A DNA stretch of 64,000 nt from assembly GCA_963785305.1 (NCBI GenBank), contig CAWAUV010000004.1, forward strand, positions 384,001 through 448,000, given 5' to 3'. Every line of letters begins with the position of its first letter. Position 1 is the stretch's first letter. This stretch comes from an uncultured Planctomycetaceae bacterium (GTDB lineage: Bacteria > Planctomycetota > Planctomycetia > Pirellulales > PALSA-1355). Made by a program: the position numbers and the translations under genes. The notes under the pieces were generated by a model. It was not told the origin of the DNA. It ran no database searches and was given only the letters and a program-made list of their open reading frames with translations. This document shows positions 61,799 to 64,000 of this stretch, piece after piece.

Positions 61799-61832
61799 TC
61801 GCCCGGCGTCATTCGGCGGCGGCGGCGCGAAC

Positions 61833-62001
61833 CTAGTGCATTGTCACAATTGAAATGACGGGTTGGATTGGCTCCGCAGCGCCATGCCCACGGCCCTGCG
61901 TGGGCATGAGGACTTCGTGTGGCGCTCGAAACATGCCCACGCTGGGCGTGGGCACGGCACACGGGGTTATACCTATCATTTCAGCCGTGACAAAGCACTA
62001 G
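61833..62001. mobile_element. Miniature inverted-repeat element family B, full copy (169 bp)
   Basis: 26-bp TIR (22/26) starting CTAGTGC at both ends, with two internal ATGCCCACG..CGTGGGCA hairpins. Confidence 0.8.
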
Positions 62002-62296
62002 CCCTCGCCCTCCGGCCGACTCGTTTCCGCGTTCCAAGCGAGCGCCGATCGAACCTGGCGAGGCCACTCCCTGGGGGCGGCGCCCGTTGATTTCGACGAT
62101 GGTCATTGAAAGTCCCGCGCATGTCGCGGTTACAACTCGCCGACGAAGCGGGCCGCTTATATCATGCCGATTCAAAGGTCTTCCAATTTGGGGAGCGACG
62201 CGCGTTTTCTCGTTGTCCGGCGCTTGGTCGAGCGCCGCGCGGCGGTTTTTTCGATATGGCAAGGATTGGAGCGGAGCGCGAGGCTCGTGGTCTGGA

Positions 62297-62376
62297 AAAG
62301 ATTGCTGGCTGAATGGCTTCCGCGGTCCGCCGTTTCCCGCAATTCGCGGTCTGGGCCCGGGGCGAGTTGACGAACC
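62297..62376 (-). ncRNA. Candidate structured RNA / repeated element, copy 2
   Basis: gcggtccgccgtttcccgca-N17-ggggcgagttgacgaacc, same blocks and spacing as copy 1. Confidence 0.55.
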
Positions 62377-62565
62377 CCGGTCCAAGTTTTACCATTTTCC
62401 TAGACGGAAGCCGCTCAGGTCCGACCGGCGCCGGCCAGAGGGCGCGAGAGCCGGATTTGCCCCGGCTTCGACCAGGTTGCTCGCGAGTCGTTTACTCGCG
62501 GGGCGTTTTATTTACGGGCCGTTGTTTCAACGGGCTTGGTCGTATTGCAAAGGGGAGGAATACCA

Positions 62566-62889
62566 ATGCCGCTGTTCGAAGTCGAAACCGAATGCCACAT
62601 CATCATCACCTGGGCCAGCGATGAAGACGCCGCCTCGACGGTCGTCAACGAATGCTATCCGACCGAGAAGGTCATTCGCCTGACCAAGCGTCCGCGCGAC
62701 ACCTGGGTCATCTCCAAGAGCGCCCTGGGCATTGCGGGCAAGATCGACCCCTGCTCCACGGCTCGCGACTGCTTGTCGAAAGCCGCCGGCGACAAGGTCC
62801 ACGCGATTCGGCTTTATATGCACGAAACCGGCACCGACCTCGAACGCGCCCGCAAGGTGATCGAGTCGAACATGGTCATGGGCTGGTAG
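62566..62889 (+). CDS. Conserved planctomycete small protein (DUF6793-like) with a bL12-CTD-like C-terminus
   Basis: Strong RBS ggggagga. MPLFEVET..KVHAIRLYMHETGTDLERARKVIE. Confidence 0.75.
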   Translation: MPLFEVETECHIIITWASDEDAASTVVNECYPTEKVIRLTKRPRDTWVISKSALGIAGKIDPCSTARDCLSKAAGDKVHAIRLYMHETGTDLERARKVIESNMVMGW

Positions 62890-64000
62890 CGGCCGGCCCA
62901 CCCATTGGCGGATTGTAACCAACCGGAGTCACGCCCGCGGCGGAACCGGTCGGCGCGCTTCCTGATGAGGTGGCTCCGGGCGCTGCGGCGGCCCGGCCAC
63001 CGCTAGGCACATAGTCGCTGGTGCCACCCGGCCGATAGAACGGATCGCGGGCGCCGCTCGACGCGGCGGGTGGCTGCGCGGCGCTCGCCGCGGGCGGAGC
63101 ATAGCCGCCGCTGGCCGCGCCGTAAGTACCCTGCCCAACAGCGGGATAACTGGCGCCGCCGCCGGCATAGCCCGCTCCTGCGCCAGCGGCCGAAGTGGTC
63201 GAGGCGGTGTAGACCGGCGCCGATCCATAGCCAGTCGCTCCGGCGCTTGTCGCGCCCAGGCCACCGTTTGGCGCGGCTCCACCGGCAGCGCCCATTCCCG
63301 GGGCCACGGCGGTAGCGCCATAGTTGCCAGTGGCGGTGGCATATCCTGGTCCGGCGGCCGGCGCGACAGCGGCCGGGGAATACGCTCCGCCTCCGGCCGC
63401 GCCATAGGCGGCCGGGGCTCCATATCCAGCCGGAGCGCCATAGTTCGCGGGGGCGCCGCCATAATTGTTGGGAGCTCCATAGCCGCCGTTCGCGGCTTGC
63501 GCTCCATAACTCGCCGCCGGATCGGCCGCGGAAGCGCCGTTATTCGGATAAGTCGCGGGCGCGGCGCCGCCGGTTGCGGCGTAGGCGCCGCCATAGCTGC
63601 TCGGGGGCGCGGTCGCGGTGGCCGGAGCGCCAGCGTAGGGATTGCCCGCGCCGGCCGCGCCGCCTTGAGCGGTTTGACCATACACGGCGCTATAGGGCCC
63701 GGCTTGAGCCGCCGGGGCGCCGGCCGTGGCTTGGCCATAGCCGTTGGTGGCGGTCGCGCCTGCTTGCGGATTTGAGTACGACGCGGCGGTGTTCGGATAT
63801 CCGGTCGAGGGATACGGATTCGAGGCGCTCGCCTGCCGATCGGGATACCCCGCGGTGGCGCCGGCGGCCGCGGTTGCTCCGGCGGCCGGAGCGGCCCCAC
63901 CGGGAGCGGTCGCGGCAATGCCGGGCGTCGAGGCCGGCGGGCCGGAGCTGGGAGTCGTCACCGGGGGCGGACTCTTGCGGCTAAACATGTTCCACTTCGA
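62876..64000 (-). CDS. Low-complexity Gly/Ala/Pro/Tyr-rich protein, C-terminal part (5' end probably outside window)
   Basis: Open frame of at least 370 aa with YGA/YPS repeats and a terminal YRPGGTSDY. Confidence 0.7.
   Translation of the reverse strand, partial: SKWNMFSRKSPPPVTTPSSGPPASTPGIAATAPGGAAPAAGATAAAGATAGYPDRQASASNPYPSTGYPNTAASYSNPQAGATATNGYGQATAGAPAAQAGPYSAVYGQTAQGGAAGAGNPYAGAPATATAPPSSYGGAYAATGGAAPATYPNNGASAADPAASYGAQAANGGYGAPNNYGGAPANYGAPAGYGAPAAYGAAGGGAYSPAAVAPAAGPGYATATGNYGATAVAPGMGAAGGAAPNGGLGATSAGATGYGSAPVYTASTTSAAGAGAGYAGGGASYPAVGQGTYGAASGGYAPPAASAAQPPAASSGARDPFYRPGGTSDYVPSGGRAAAAPGATSSGSAPTGSAAGVTPVGYNPPMGGPAATSP

Overview
High-GC bacterial window with a strong Planctomycetes (Pirellulales-like) signature: a PilM-led envelope operon, DUF1598-, DUF6666-like and PVC-type haem-c/HEAT proteins, and PEP-CTERM proteins. 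It is mostly core metabolism: wcaJ-like transferase, treY, citrate synthase, hppA, glmS, ribF, DHH phosphoesterase, metB-like, alaS, a two-component pair, CzcAB-type efflux, pyk, hemL, lpxB and a desaturase. Many genes, including essential ones (alaS, glmS, ribF, hemL), are split by small frameshifts. This is best read as long-read/assembly indel error, so split genes are given as merged spans. No rRNA, tRNA, CRISPR, integrase or transposase was seen. The most notable items are mostly absent from the ORF track. (1) A 57-aa basic CxxC-x10-CxxC microprotein (49370-49543, minus) resembles archaeal/eukaryotic ribosomal protein eL40; it converges, across a hairpin, on a 38-aa membrane microprotein with a sigma54-type promoter. 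(2) A lower-GC gene fuses a Cys-His-Asp papain/transglutaminase-like domain to a HEPN-like domain, a candidate defence toxin. (3) A twice-repeated ~80-nt element has a stem that pairs fully only on the minus strand, a candidate ncRNA. (4) A tandem DUF1598 gene pair has an identical core but diverged ends. (5) Three families of miniature inverted-repeat elements occur, one of them directly behind both PEP-CTERM genes. All family assignments come from motif recognition by eye, not from database searches.
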